Below are positions 12,066 to 24,800 of a DNA stretch of 64,000 bases, in pieces. Source of the DNA: Okamejei kenojei (Eukaryota); the NCBI GenBank assembly GCA_035221665.1, contig CM069141.1, positions 29,946,001 through 30,010,000 on the forward strand, written 5' to 3'. Each line of letters starts with the position of its first letter. The first letter of the stretch is position 1. The notes under the pieces were generated by a model that had not been told where the DNA came from, ran no database searches, and saw only the letters and a program-made list of their open reading frames with translations. The position numbers and the translations under genes were made by a program.

Positions 12066-12080
12066 GCACTAGATGGCAGT
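12066..12080 (+). promoter_or_regulatory. Candidate CTCF site
   Basis: GCACTAGATGGCAGT, one mismatch from the CCACTAGATGGCAGT-type core, in non-repeat sequence. Confidence 0.45.
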
Positions 12081-12224
12081 ATCCCCTCTGTGGCAGCAGA
12101 CTGACCGCTGAAAGGCTGCTCTCTTACACCTTGAGTCCATACAGATGCCCCAATGACCCATGAAGATTTTGTCCCCTAGCTGAGCTGGCCTCAGCCAAAT
12201 GACCACAGTCAATTGGGCAGAGCT

Positions 12225-12680
12225 GGTAGTGATTCTGCCTTAGAGTGAAAGAGACCCTAGTTCTATCCTGATCTCGGGTGCTGTCCTTGTGGAGTTTGCA
12301 CATTCTCCCTGTGACCAAGTGGGTTCCTCCGGGCACTCTCGCTTCCTCCTACACCCTAAAGTTGTGCAGGTTTGTAGCTTAATTGGCCTCTGTAAATTGC
12401 CCCCCTTCTTCTTCTTGCGTATGGCGTGCACAGCCTAAAGTTGCAGGACAACTTGTTCTATTTGATCTTATTTGATTGTGCACGCCGGGTTGATTGCATT
12501 CATCTGAACAGTGAAGGTGAAGGTTACAATCTTCCACCCCATTGCCCCCCTTAAGGTGTTGGGAATGGATGAGAAGGTGGGATAGCATAGAACGAGTGTG
12601 AAGGGGTGATCAGTGATCAGCGTGAACACGGTGGCTGAAGAACCTGTTTTTATGCAAATCGCTAAGCTAAATGAAACTAA
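12225..12680 (+). mobile_element. HE1/V-SINE-like SINE interrupted by a 135-bp insert
   Basis: V-domain GTGGAGTTTGCACATTCTCCCTGTGACC; SINE sequence resumes after 12550. Confidence 0.75.
12406..12540 (-). mobile_element. Short retroposed insert with (GAA)n tail (RTE-like 3' end)
   Basis: Perfect 10-bp TSD ATTGCCCCCC (12396-12405, 12541-12550); TTCTTCTTCTT at the left end. Confidence 0.7.
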
Positions 12681-12828
12681 TTGAAGGAGCAGTCTGGGGT
12701 GGCTGCCTCTGGGGCGTAGATGAGTGCTCTGTTGTGAGAGCACGGTGGGAGGTGAATCGGTGACCTTGTAAGGGGTGCAATCAGTACCTTCAGCCTTCAC
12801 GTCAAGCAACCTCTCAAAGGAGTGTCAG

Positions 12829-12915
12829 AGCGGCACGGTGGCGCAGCGGTAGAGTTGCTGCCTTGCAGCGCCAGTCCTGGGTTCGATCCTGACCACGGGT
12901 GCTGTCTTTACAGAG
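12829..12915 (+). mobile_element. tRNA-derived SINE head
   Basis: GCGGCACGGTGGCGCAGCGGTAGAGTTGCTGCC...GGGTTCGATCCTGAC (Pol III A and B boxes), truncated. Confidence 0.8.
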
Positions 12916-13305
12916 AAAGAGAGAGGAGCACTAGCATGAGTGTGTCTGTCTCACAAAGAATGTGTCTTTATGTTAGAGTTTGAAAGTTGAAGAGGGATTT
13001 TTCAGCATAAGAGAGATTGTTCTGTGAGTTTTGCAATGTGAGGGAGGGAGTGTATGTGTCTCAGTCTCAGCATGAGAGAGAGAAAGACTGAACGGCAGCC
13101 ATCCTCTGTGTTGCCACTGCCCGGCTGTCATGGGGAGCTTCCTTTCAGGATTAACACTCTTCTTTGATTGTTGCTCAGACAGCCGGCAGCAGCTGGGCTG
13201 AGAATCCGATCAGACACTGTGCGAATCGTGTCTTAATGCCTTTTCTCTCTGGGTGTTAAATGCCTTCACACAGCTCTGTTCAATGTTTATTTTTCCCCTC
13301 TGCAG

Positions 13306-13441
13306 ATCCGATTTGGTGAAAGTACCAAAAATTTGAGTTTTTAGTGCACCAAAAATAGAAATGCAGATAACATTAATGTCTTTAGAGAAGCTCGCACCAA
13401 ACTTCAAGGCGAAATTCCCCAATGTGCTATCACCACAGGCA
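13306..13441 (+). other. Candidate exon (non-coding or first coding exon of an unidentified gene)
   Basis: Strong acceptor TTTATTTTTCCCCTCTGCAG and donor GCA|GTAAGT; stops in all three frames in the 5' part; ATG at 13361 is open to the donor (27 codons). Confidence 0.3.
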
Positions 13442-13759
13442 GTAAGTTCACGGATGCAAAATTACAATAAGCATTACCCTGCACAAACAGCACATTCAAC
13501 CCAACCGATAATGTTTATGCATCATACATCTCCCTTTTCATTTTACTTAATGCAAATTGTTACCAGCGTGTTGTAGCTGTGATCAGATGTTTCTATTTTG
13601 CACTTTATTATTGATGTTATGCAATCTGAACTTCAGTCTAAAATGTGAGACAGGGCGCAGGAACAGACTACTTGGCCCCACAAGCCTTCTCTGACTTGAC
13701 ACCAATGTCCATCTTATACCTTAACACCAATTCCTGGTAAAATTGTATGCCTCCTCATC

Positions 13760-13996
13760 ACCTTCCCATCGGCTAACAATGAACCATTCTGCATTTCCTT
13801 AACATTGTCTGCTTTGATCTGTCAGTTTCACATCTTGCCTTCCATATATTTGAACTCCCTCTCCCCTGACTCTCAGTCTGAAGTCGATCCGAAACGTCAC
13901 CCATTCCTTCTCTCCAGAGATGGTGCCTGCCTCACTGTTACTCCAGCATTTTGTGTCTATCTTCAGTGTAAACCAGCATCTGCAGTTGCTTCTTAC
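13760..13996 (+). mobile_element. PLE 3' UTR/pseudo-LTR
   Basis: CTCTCAGTCTGAAG...CCGAAACGTCACCCATTCCTTCTCTCCAGAGATG (stem II partly deleted). Confidence 0.75.
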
Positions 13997-14687
13997 TCCA
14001 GTTCCTGCTTTATCTTAATACCCTATGACTCCAAAATGTATCCAGAAATCCATCAATCTCTGTTTCGAATGAACTTGACAACAGCCTTCCTGGATACAGA
14101 ATCTCAAAAATTCACCATCCTCCGTATGAACAATATTCTCCTCATTTCAGGCCAAAATTTCCTACTCCTTATTCCGAGTCCTGGACTGGACTTCGCAGAG
14201 GCACATCCTCCCTCTTAAGCACTCTCATAATTTTCAATGCTTCAATTAGGGTGAATTCCACAGCTCTCTGACCAAGACAAAGTGAAATGTTTCCATTCGT
14301 AGCCAGTTTGTTTCCATTTCAAGTTGATAGTATTTGTGAAACTTCTTTATATTTCTCTCTACTGTAAACTCACCATAAATTTATACTAAATTTTGATCTG
14401 ATGATTTGTATGTTGATAGATTTATTTATCATGCCCCATATACAACTGCTATGCATAGACTAAACTATGCCGCAGCCAAGTACATTCCACAGTCACTAAA
14501 CCATTCATCATTTTTACTAGGTCTTTCAATGACTTGCTGATAGTTTTGTGATAGCATTTGCAACGTGTTTCAATGCTGCATTTCCCATTAGCCATGCTGA
14601 TGATGGACATAGTTAATCTCCCTTAACTTTCTGGTAGAAGCAAGAAAAAAGACAACAAGGCAATACAGAATGAAACAAACAGTGTAA

Positions 14688-15172
14688 GGTCATAAGGTGA
14701 TAAGTGATAGGAGTAGAATTAGGTAATTCGGCCCATCAAGTCTACTCCGCCATTCAATCATGGCTGATCTATCTGTCCCGCCTAACCCTGTTCTCCTGCC
14801 TTCTCTCCATAACCTCTAACATCCGCACTAATCAAGAATCTATCTATCTCTGCCTTAAAATTATCCTCTGACATCGCCTCCACAGCCTTCTGTGGCAAAG
14901 AATTCCGCAGATTCACCGCCCTCTGACTAAATAAATTTATCCTTATCTCCTTCCTAAAAGAACGTTCTTTAATTCTGAGGCTATGGCCTCTAGTCCTAAA
15001 CTCTCCCACTAGCGGAAACATCGTCTCCACATCCACTCTATCCAAGCCTTTCACTATTCTGTATTTCAATGAGGTCCCCCTCATACTTCTAAACTCCAGC
15101 GAGTTCATGCCCTGTGCCAACAAATGCTCATCATAGGTTAACCTACTAATTCCTGGTATCATTTTTGTAAAC
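14688..15172 (-). mobile_element. CR1 LINE 3' fragment
   Basis: ORF 14782-15162 KGLDRVDVETMFPLVGEFRTRGHSLRIK plus 3' UTR. Confidence 0.85.
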
Positions 15173-16174
15173 TTGAAAGTGTGTTTTACTATATATTAAT
15201 TGTAAATGCCTTTATGGTTTGCTCAAAACACTGCAAGTATGCTCCTAAGCATGAGGGCTTCTACTCCCTTGTACTCTAGTCCGTCTGACTATATACCCTA
15301 TCAATGCCTCTAAATGAACAGCTAACAGTTCACCACTTAGCCTCGTTCACTCCAGCCCCTCCAATCTTTCCCCATAACTGAAGTCCTCCAAACCAGGCAG
15401 CATCCTAATGAATCACTCCTGCATTATCTCCAGTACAACTACATGCTTCCTATTGAGTGCTAATCAGAACTGCACAAGATACTCCAAATGTAGTCTAACT
15501 AGTGTTTTGTAACATCCAAGTTTCATAGTTGGAAATGACCTGTGAAGGCAAGTATTATGTATGCTTTCTTCACCACCATCTACCTATGTTACCACTTCGA
15601 TACATATAATTACAGATACAGGATAAAGGGAAGAAGGTTTAGTGCAAGATAAAGTCAAGTCAAGTCCGGTTATAAATAGTCCAAGGGTCTCCAATGAGAG
15701 AGAATCTATCAATAAATTCCCTTTGAACTGTCAAGTTGTTTAAGTTAACTAGTATCATTTTGGTGAAGGAAGTTGGATTTATTTGCAGTAAATAAAGTGT
15801 TTGAGTGGCAATTTTGAGGAAACAGTTATTCAATGTGTATTGTGTTTCGGACTGGATATGGAAAAAATAGAAACAAACATAATTAGGAAACACTCAAGTG
15901 GAGAAATACAAATTTTAAGACACTCATAAACATTGAGTGCAAATGTATTTATATTAAAATTTGGCAGATAAAACAACAAATGAGTGATACGCAGCTTTCA
16001 AACAGAAATAGTTTCTGTATTAGGTTGACAAATTCCCAAGACACGGAAAAGAAAGGAATCCAAATACAAATTCCCGGAATAAGTTAAAATATTTAAAAAT
16101 GAAGTAGTTAAAATAAAGCTGCGGAGGTTTCTGATAAATATGATTCATGCAACCCACAGGGGATCAACCAAGCT

Positions 16175-16775
16175 GAATGCAAGAAACAAGTACTTTACAT
16201 CTATTTTCACCAAGGAGAAGGACATGCCAGAGAGTGAGATCTCTGTGGAGAATACTAATATGCAAGGATAGTTTGAGACTAAGAGATGTTGGGCCTCTAG
16301 AAATGCATTAAGGTGGATAATACCCAGGACTTGATGTGATCTATCCCAGGTTATTGAGAGAGGCAAGAGGAGATAGCAGGAACCCTGACAAAGATCTTTG
16401 CTTCTTCTTTGGCCGCAGGCAAGGTCCTGGGGAAACTGGAGAACAGCTAAACCTGTTCTTTTATTCAAGAATGGAAGTATAAAGAATTCAGCGAATTATA
16501 GGCCAGTGAGCCACACATCAGTGGTAGGGAAGCTTTTGAAGAGGATTCTTCGAGATATGATTTACTCCCATTTGGAAGAGAATGGATTAAATGGGGACAG
16601 TCAGCATGGCTTTGTACATGCAGGTCATACCTGACTTACGTGATTGAGTTATTTGAGAAGGTGACAAAGTTGATCAGTGAGTGGAGGGTGTTGAATGTTG
16701 TCCACATGGATTTTAATAAGGCATTTGATAAATGCCTGATCCAGAAGATTAAGATGTATGGGATGAACATGACCT
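16175..16775 (+). mobile_element. Older CR1 RT fragment
   Basis: ORFs 16398-16634 (ANYRPVSHTSVVGK, SQHGF) and 16640-16849 (MDFNKAFDK). Confidence 0.8.
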
Positions 16776-16779
16776 GGTC

Positions 16780-17377
16780 AAAGATAGAAACAAAGAGCTG
16801 GAGTAACTCAGCGGGACAGGCAGCATCTCTGGAGAGAAGGAATGGATGATGTTTCGGGTCAAGCCCATTCTTCAGACCGGTTAGGGATAAGGGAAACAAG
16901 AGATATAGACAGTGATGTGGAGAGATAAAAAACAATTAATGGATATGCAAAAAAGTTACGATAATAAAGGAAACAGGCCATTGTTAGCTGTTTGTAAGTT
17001 GAAAATGAGAAGCTAGCTCGACTTGGGTGGGGGAGGGATAAAGAGAGAGGGAATGCCGGGGTTCCCTGAAGTGAGAGAAATCAATATTCATACCACTGGG
17101 CTGTAAGCTGCCCAAGCAAAATATGAGATGCTGTTCCTCCAATTTGTGTTTAGCCTCACTCTGGCAATGGAGGAGAACTAGGGCAGAAAGGTTTGTGTAG
17201 GAATGGAAGGAGAATTAAAGTGTCCAGCAACCAGGAAATCAGGTAGGTTCAGGCAGGCTGAGTGAAGCTGTTCTGCGAAATGATCGCCCAGTCTGCGTTT
17301 GGTATCGCCGATATATAAGATTCCACATCTTGAACAATGGATACAGTAGATGAGGTTGGAGGAGGTGCAAGTGAACC
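16780..17377 (-). mobile_element. PLE 3' part (GIY-YIG remnant plus pseudo-LTR) adjoining or inserted in the CR1
   Basis: Minus strand encodes ...SSNLIYCIHCSRCGILYIGDTKRRLGDHFAE...LGSLQPSGMNIDFS; pLTR at 16780-16876. Confidence 0.85.
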
Positions 17378-17897
17378 TTATATATATATCTGCAGTTTGA
17401 AATATATATATATATATATCACAAACTGCAGATGTCCCAGCAGATTTCCCAATGGAACTCCAGCGGACACGGACCTCCAGCCTGAATATTATCCTTTCAT
17501 ATATATATATATATATATATATAAAGACTTAGGTGTAAATGCAAATGGACTGGTTGGTAGGTATGCCAAGTGTGAGGAAGGATTTCAATGGGATATAGGT
17601 TAACTACAAACAAATGGTCAGTTGAGCAACTTGTTTCAGTTCTTTAGCAACTTGTCAGTTGAACTAAATTAAGGCGCATGTTGCATTCAAAAGCGCTTGA
17701 ACAATGGGTTGGGAAGAAAGCCAAACTGTAAGAAAGAGGAAGAAGTTTAATCCAGAGGTGTTACACTTTGTGAGGTCAAATGTAAGGGGAAAAGATATAG
17801 CCCTTAACAGCATTGAAGTGCAGAGGGATCTTGGGATCCAAGTCCATAACTCCTCGAAAGTGAAAACATAAATAGAGTGGTAAAGAAGGCACATGAT

Positions 17898-18410
17898 ATA
17901 GAAACAAAGAAACATAGAAATTAGATGCAGGAGCAGGCCATTCAGCCCTTCGAGCCTGCACTGCAATTCAATATGATCATGGCTGATCATCCAACTCAGT
18001 ATCCTGTACCTGCCTTCTCTCCATACCCCCTGATCCCTTCAGCCACAAGGGCCACATCCAACTCCCTCTTAAATATGGCCAACGAACTGGCCTCAACTAC
18101 CTTCTGTGGCAGAGAATTCCACAGATTCACCACTCTCTGTGTGAAAAACGATTTTCTCATCTCGGTCCTAAAAGACTTCCCCCCTTATCCTTAAACTGTG
18201 ACCCCTTGTCCTGGACTTCCCCAACATCGGGAGCAATCTTCCTGCATCTAGCCTGTCCAACCCCTTAAGAATTTTGTAAGTCTCTATGAGATCACCCCTC
18301 AATCTTCTAAATTCCAGCGAGTACAAGCCAAGTCTATCCAGTCTTTCTTCATATGGAAGTCGTGCCATCCCAGGAATCAGTCTGGTGAATCTTCTCTGTA
18401 CTCCCTCTAT
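17898..18410 (-). mobile_element. CR1 LINE 3' fragment
   Basis: ORF 18168-18368 LPYEERLDRLGLYSLEFRRLRGDLIETYK; GAAACATA-type tail; closely similar to the 22054-23871 copy. Confidence 0.92.
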
Positions 18411-18454
18411 GCTTGCTTTCCTAGGTCAAGGTTTTGTGTATAAGAGTCTCCAGA

Positions 18455-18552
18455 CCCTGAAGAAGGGTCTTGAGCCGAAACGTCACCCATTGCATCTCTC
18501 CAGTAATGCTGCCTGTCCCGTTGAGTTACTCCAGCATTTTGTGTCTATCTTC
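18455..18552 (+). mobile_element. PLE pseudo-LTR with hammerhead-like core
   Basis: CTGAAGAAGGGTCTTGAGCCGAAACGTC at 18457-18484. Confidence 0.75.
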
Positions 18553-20324
18553 TGGATTTATATGGAGTTAGTTGGCATACCTAGGATAATAATTGAGCAT
18601 TTTTTAATCTGTCTTTTAAAGAGGAAATTAGACTGTTTTAGAGAAACAGGAAAAGATAAAAGAACAGATACTGGAAAGGTTAGCATGCACTTAGTAGGAA
18701 AGTGATCTGACTTTGCGGGTTGCTGCCCAATATTGAGCAGGATATAACAATGGAAAAAGCGCAGGATCCAACCAAGATCTTCCATTAATTTTTAGAAAGA
18801 TTAATGTCTTAGGAGGGAAGAATTGCAAAAGTTCAAAAAGGGAGAGAAGCAACCACAGGGCAGTCATACTAATGTTGGAGGTAGAAAAGCATTTACAAAT
18901 ACTAATCCAACATAAATTTGAGTTGACAGGTGAAGGCAACATGAACTTGCCGAGAGCAACTCATGTTTGACTAACTTAATTGACTTTTTGGAGAACACTA
19001 GAGAGAGCTCATGAAGGTAGTGCAGCTAATGTTTAGTCTATGGAATCCCAATAGGCATGAAACACATTTGATGGATGAAAGACCATCCTATTTATTTAGG
19101 TACAAATTTGACTAAGCACCAGAAACAGGAAAATAATGGTGATTGTCATAATTCACTCTCTCCATCTCTGACATTCAATGCTTGAAATGTGTACCATTCA
19201 TAAAAAGCATTGCAATAACTTGCCAAACTTATCTGTTAGCAAAATCCATGAACCACCTAGAAGGAAAATGGTGGCAAGTATATCAGAGAAGCACCAGGAA
19301 TTTGCCTTCTAAATCCTGACTCCAAAGTATATTGCCATTCCCTCATTGTTTCTGGATCTAAATCTGGAATTCACACTCCAAATATGAGGATCGTGGCAGT
19401 TCAAGGTGGCAGGTCACCTCCACTCCACAAGGGCAATTGGAGATGGGAAATACATGTTGGTCTTGCTAATGAAACTACAGGGCATGCACAAGCTGCTGAA
19501 ATGGGGAAATAACAGATGCAATTTCACACAGGTAAGTGTGAACTTTCAATTTGGGAGGAAGAATGAGAAAAGGCACAACTGGCTAAATGGCATACTTTAA
19601 AATATATTCAGAAACAGGGAGACACAAAGATTAGCCAAACATGCCTATGTTGTGGCAGAACAAGTTAAGAGACCTGTTTAAAAAGCCAAAGAGAGACACA
19701 AAAAACTGGTGTAACTCAACAGTAACTCAACAGCATTGCTGGAGAAAAAGAATAAGTGACGTTTCAGGTCAAGACCCTTCTTTGTTTGTTTTTTTGAACA
19801 TAATCACAGCAGATAAAAATGAGGAAATTAGCTTCAACATTTATAAATCCTTGATTCCTGGTATCTTTTGTCAAGGTTTTAAGAGTTGAAAGATTGACAA
19901 ACAAAGAAGTCATCAGGTCAAGCTTATTGTCATATGCACAAGTGCAGTGAGGCACAGATGCAGATGTTTGCTGGATTCAAAATTAAATAGAAATGATCAG
20001 AGTCAAGTGGAAATTAGTAAAAGAAAGGACAGATTTATTTACCACTGTGATGTATACAGGGAGAGAGGGGTTCCTGAAGAATTGCTGTCTCTATCTGGTA
20101 CTTTATGTTTAACTGGTTTTAAAATCCAATCTCAGATTATTCACCCTACATCAGCCTACAGATCTGTGAAGTAGCATGGGATAAGCATGGGAATTTTAAC
20201 AAAGTCGTTTGACATGGGGGAAAACCATAAAAAACATTTCATACCATTACAGTAATCGTGACTGAACCACTCAAGTTATTACAGAAAATGTTCAGAAAGT
20301 AATTTTCCTCCTACATCAATTTAA

Positions 20325-20339
20325 CCACCAGGGGGAAGT
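20325..20339 (+). promoter_or_regulatory. Candidate CTCF site
   Basis: CCACCAGGGGGAAGT, one mismatch from CCACCAGGGGGCAGT, in AT-rich unique sequence. Confidence 0.4.
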
Positions 20340-20755
20340 GAACACCTACTCTATTGTGTTAGAACATTACTTCAAATGGAGGCGCAAGTTCACAAGAGGA
20401 AATTAAGCCATAGCTTAAAATTAACAACATTTATAATGATGTATCTCATTATCTGTAAAAATTAAAACAATAATACAATTGATAATATAAAGGTCAGAGA
20501 AAGCATTTATTTGACAGAGTTGTAGGTTTAGGTTCCAGGTCAGGATTTAAGCACAATTGTCTGGGGTGTGCACTCTGGGGTGTGCTCCATTTTTGAATGT
20601 GTTATCATTTGAATAAGTCATTTAATGAGAGCCTCACTGACTCATCCTATTGTTCAAGTGGTTTTGAAAGGTCAGATGCCACAATTTAAAGAGAGTGAGG
20701 TATCCTGATGCCATGATTAACGCTACCTCGTAATCAATAACATTAACATCATTTA

Positions 20756-20915
20756 GGAGTACATGCTGATGAACACACTGAAGCTCGGTGCAGCCAACGT
20801 CAAGGCTCTGAGGGGGAGGACCTCAGTCTCTAGGGTCCTTCCGCTGCTGGGCACTGGGGGGTCATGCGTGATGGAGACACCCCTCGAACGAGGTAGGGAT
20901 TATCAGCCCAGGGCA
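20756..20915 (+). mobile_element. Tx1-type LINE ORF2 C-terminal remnant
   Basis: Translates EYMLMNTLKLGAANVKALRGRTSV, resembling from memory the ...LRDALKLGAANAKALWG.. end of elasmobranch Tx1-like ORF2. Confidence 0.5.
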
Positions 20916-21554
20916 ACATGAGATCATAAGGGAGTAGAATTAAGCCATTTGGTCCATCAAGTTTACTCCACCATTTAATCATGGTTGATCTATCTTGACC
21001 TCCTAACCCCATTCTCCTGCATTCGCTCCATAACCCCTGACACCCTTATGATTTAAGAATCTATCTATCTCTTCTGTAAAAATATCCACAGATGGTAATG
21101 GTGCCAGATATAAGGATATTTCTGTAAACACTACCAAAAACATCGCTAATTAATATATGTACAGCCTCTGAAAATGTCAGAAATATTTTTGCAGTTCTTC
21201 TGTATATTTTTTAATTCTGAATATTTTTTTTTAATTTATGTTACCACCAACTCACTTGGTTTTATCCAACATCTATTAGGTAAAAAGTGTGGGTGTCAAT
21301 TCTTGTTGCTAAATCTGTTTATCAGCCATAAGTCCTTCCATCGTCCCAGTAACTCACTGATACCTACGTAGGCTATTACAGCTTTAGTTTAATATTCGAA
21401 CTTAAGGTGAGCTTCAAACCATGTATTCATGGCAAAAGCTAATTTTTGTTCCAAGATCCAGGAAGCATTCTGGTAAATTTGGAACATCTTACCTGAGCAG
21501 AAATTAGCTCTTGCCATGGACATTAACGCTACCCTACACACGTTAAGGACAATT

Positions 21555-21753
21555 TTACATTGATACCAAGCCAATTAACCAACACACCTGTACGTCTTTG
21601 GATTGTGGGAGGAAACCGAACATTTTGGTGAAAACCCACGCTGGTCACGGGGAGAATGTACAAACTCCGTACAGACAAATGGCAGTAGTTAGAATCGAAC
21701 CCGGGTCTCAGGCGCTGTAAGGCAGTAGCTCTACTGCTACACCACTGTGCCGC
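21555..21753 (-). mobile_element. HE1/V-SINE-like SINE
   Basis: Reverse complement of GGCGGCACAGTGGTGTAGCAGTAGAG...CCGGGTTCGATTC...GGAGTTTGTACATTCTCCCCGTGACC. Confidence 0.85.
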
Positions 21754-21883
21754 CAGCTTAATTCATTTTTCTTGTCTCCTTTCTGTATACCAAGAATCAA
21801 CCAATAGCAACAGTTTTATTTTGTTCTAAATGCTCCATTACCACCAACAAAATATCTGAAAATCAGACTACACCTTCCTTTGT

Positions 21884-24800
21884 AGTCAAGTCAAGTCAAG
21901 TCAAGTTTATTCGTCACATACACATACGGGATGTGCAGTGAAATGAAAAGTAGCAGTGCCTGCGGACTTTGTGCAAAAAACAAACAAACAAACAACCAAC
22001 AAACTACAAACAGAATGGAACAGAATCACATGTTCTTTTCCATATTAAATATTAGAAACATAGAAACATAGAAATTAGGTGCAGGAGCAGGCCATTCGGC
22101 CCTACGTGCCTGCACCGCCATTCAATATGATCATGGCTGATCATCCAACTCAGTATCCTGTACCTGCCTTCTCTCCATACCCCCTGATCCCTTCAGCCAC
22201 AAGGGCCACATGCAACTCCCTCTTAAATATGGCCAACGAACTGGCCTCAACTACCTTCTGTGGCAGAGAATTCCACAGATTCACCACTCTCTGTGTGTAA
22301 AACGATTTTCTCATCTCGGTCCTAATAAGACTTCCCCCTTATCCTTAAACTGTGACCCCTTGTTCTGGACTTCCCCAACATCGGGAACAATCTTCCTGCA
22401 TCTAGCCTGTCCAACCCCTTAAGAATTTTGTAAGTCTCTATGAGATCACCCCTCAATCTTCTAAATTATAGCGAGTACAAGCCAAGTCTATCCAGTCTTT
22501 CTTCATATGGAAGTCCTGCCATCCCAGGAATCAGTCTGGTGAACCTTCTCTGTACTCCCTCTATGGCAAGAATATCTTTCCTCAGATTAGGAGACCAAAA
22601 CTGTACGCAATACTCCAGGTGTGGCCTCACCAAGACCCTGTACAACTGCAGTAGAACCTCCCAGCTCTTGTACTCAAATCCTTTTGCTATGAATGCCAAC
22701 ATACCATTCGCTTTCTTCACAGCCTGCTGCGCCTGCATGCCTACTTTCAATGACTGGTGTACCATGACACCCAGGTCGCGCTGCATCTCCCCTTTTCCTA
22801 ATCGGTCACCATTCAAATAATAGTCTACCTTCCTGTTTTTGCCACCAAAGTGGATAACCTCACATTTATCCACATTATACTGCATCTGCCATGCATTTGC
22901 CCACTCACCCAGTCTATCCAAGTCATCCTGCAGCCTCCTAGCATCCTCCTCACAGCTAACACTGCCCCCCAGCTTCGCGTCATCCGCAAACTTCAAGATG
23001 TTGCATTTAATTCCCTCGTCCAAATCATTAATGTATATTGTTAATAGCTGGGGTCCCAGCACTGAGCCTTGCGGCACCCCACTAGTCACTGTCTGCCATC
23101 CTGAAAAGGACCCGTTCACTCCTACTCTTTGCTTCCTGTCTGCCAGCCAGTTCTCTATCCACATCAATACTGAACCACCAATACCGTGTGCTTTAAGTTT
23201 GTATACCAATCTCTTGTGTGGGACCTTGTCGAAAACCTTCTGAAAGTCCAGATACAACACATCCACTGCTTCTCCCTTATCCACTCTACTAGTTACATCC
23301 TCAAAAAATTCAATAAGATTCGTCAGACATGATTTACCCTTCATAAATCCATGCTGACTTTGTCCAATGATTTCATTACTTTCCAAATGCGCTGCTATCC
23401 CATCTTTAATAATTGACTCTAGCAGTTTCCCCACTACCGATGTTAGACTAATCTGGTCTGTAATTTCCCCGTTTTTCTCTCTCCCTCCCTTTTTAAAAAG
23501 TGGGGTTACATTAGCTACCCTCCAATCCTCAGGAACTACTCCAGAATCTAAAGAGTTTTGAAAAATTATCACTAAGGCATCTGCTATTTCTGGGGCTGCT
23601 TCCTTAAGTACCCTGGGATGCAGCCTATCTGGCCCTGGGGATTTATCGGCCTTTAATCCATTCAATTTACCCAACACCACTTTCCAGCTAACCTGGATTT
23701 CACTCATTTCCTCCATCTCATTTGACCCGCGATCCCCTGCTATTTCCGGCAAATTATTTATGTCTTCCTTAGTGAAGACAGAACCAAAGTAGTTATTCAA
23801 TTGGTCTGCCATGTCCTTGTTCCCCATGATCAATTCACCCATTTCTGACTGCAAGGGACCTACATTTGTTTTATTGTGGGCGGTATTGTGGTACAGTAAA
23901 GTTAGTAAAGTTAGTCCCTGGTGAGATAGGAGTTTACAGTCCAAATGGCCTCTGGGAAGAAACTCCTTCTCATCCTCTCCGTTCTCATAGCATGGCAACG
24001 GAGGCGTTTGCCTGACCGTAGCAGCTGGAACAGTCCGTTGCAGGGGTGGAACGGGTCTCCCATTATCTTATTGGCTCTGGAGTTGCACCTCCTGATGTAT
24101 AGTTCCTGTAAAGGGGCAAGAGAAGTTCCCATGGTGGGTTCGGCCGAACGCACTGCTCTCTGCAGAGCCTTCCTGTCCTGGGAGAGCAATTCCCAAACCA
24201 AATTGTGATATTTCTGGACAATATGCTTTCCACAGCCGCTGAGTAGAAGAACTGGAGGATCCTCGGAGACACTCTGAATTTCCTCAATTGCCTGAGGTGG
24301 TAAAGGCGCTACCTTGCCTTACTCACAAGTGCTGCAGCGTGTGATGTCCATGTCATTCCTCAGAGATGTGGACTCCCAGATACTTAAAACAGCTCACCTC
24401 TATCCACAGTATCCCCATTTATCCTCAATGGTGTGTACGTCCTCGGATTATGTGCCCTCCTAAAGTCCACGATCAGCTCCTTAGTTTTTTTGATGTTCAA
24501 GAGGAGGCTGTTGTCCTGACACCAGAGTGCCAGATCAGCTACCTCCTCCCGGTTGGCCTTCTCATCGTTGTCTGAGATCAGGCCCACCACCACGGTGTCA
24601 TCAGCAAACTTGATAATCGAGTTGGAGCTGAACCTAGCCACACAGTCATGTGTGTACAGGGAGTACAATAGGGGGCTGAGGACGCAACCCTGGGGGGATC
24701 CTGTGCTCAGGGTGAGGGACTTTGATGTATTCCCTCCCATCTTGACTACCTGGGGCCTGGTGGTGAGAAAGTCCAGGGCCCAGGCACACAGGGGGGTGTT

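Noticed and set aside
12829-12895. tRNA gene
   Set aside because: A and B boxes are present but the sequence continues into the SINE body seen at several other sites; no complete cloverleaf.
22466-23998. 510-aa ORF as a Rex1-CR1 fusion or host gene
   Set aside because: The first 40 or so codons are out-of-frame Rex1 and UTR sequence; the rest is truncated CR1 ORF2 lacking the endonuclease and C-terminus.
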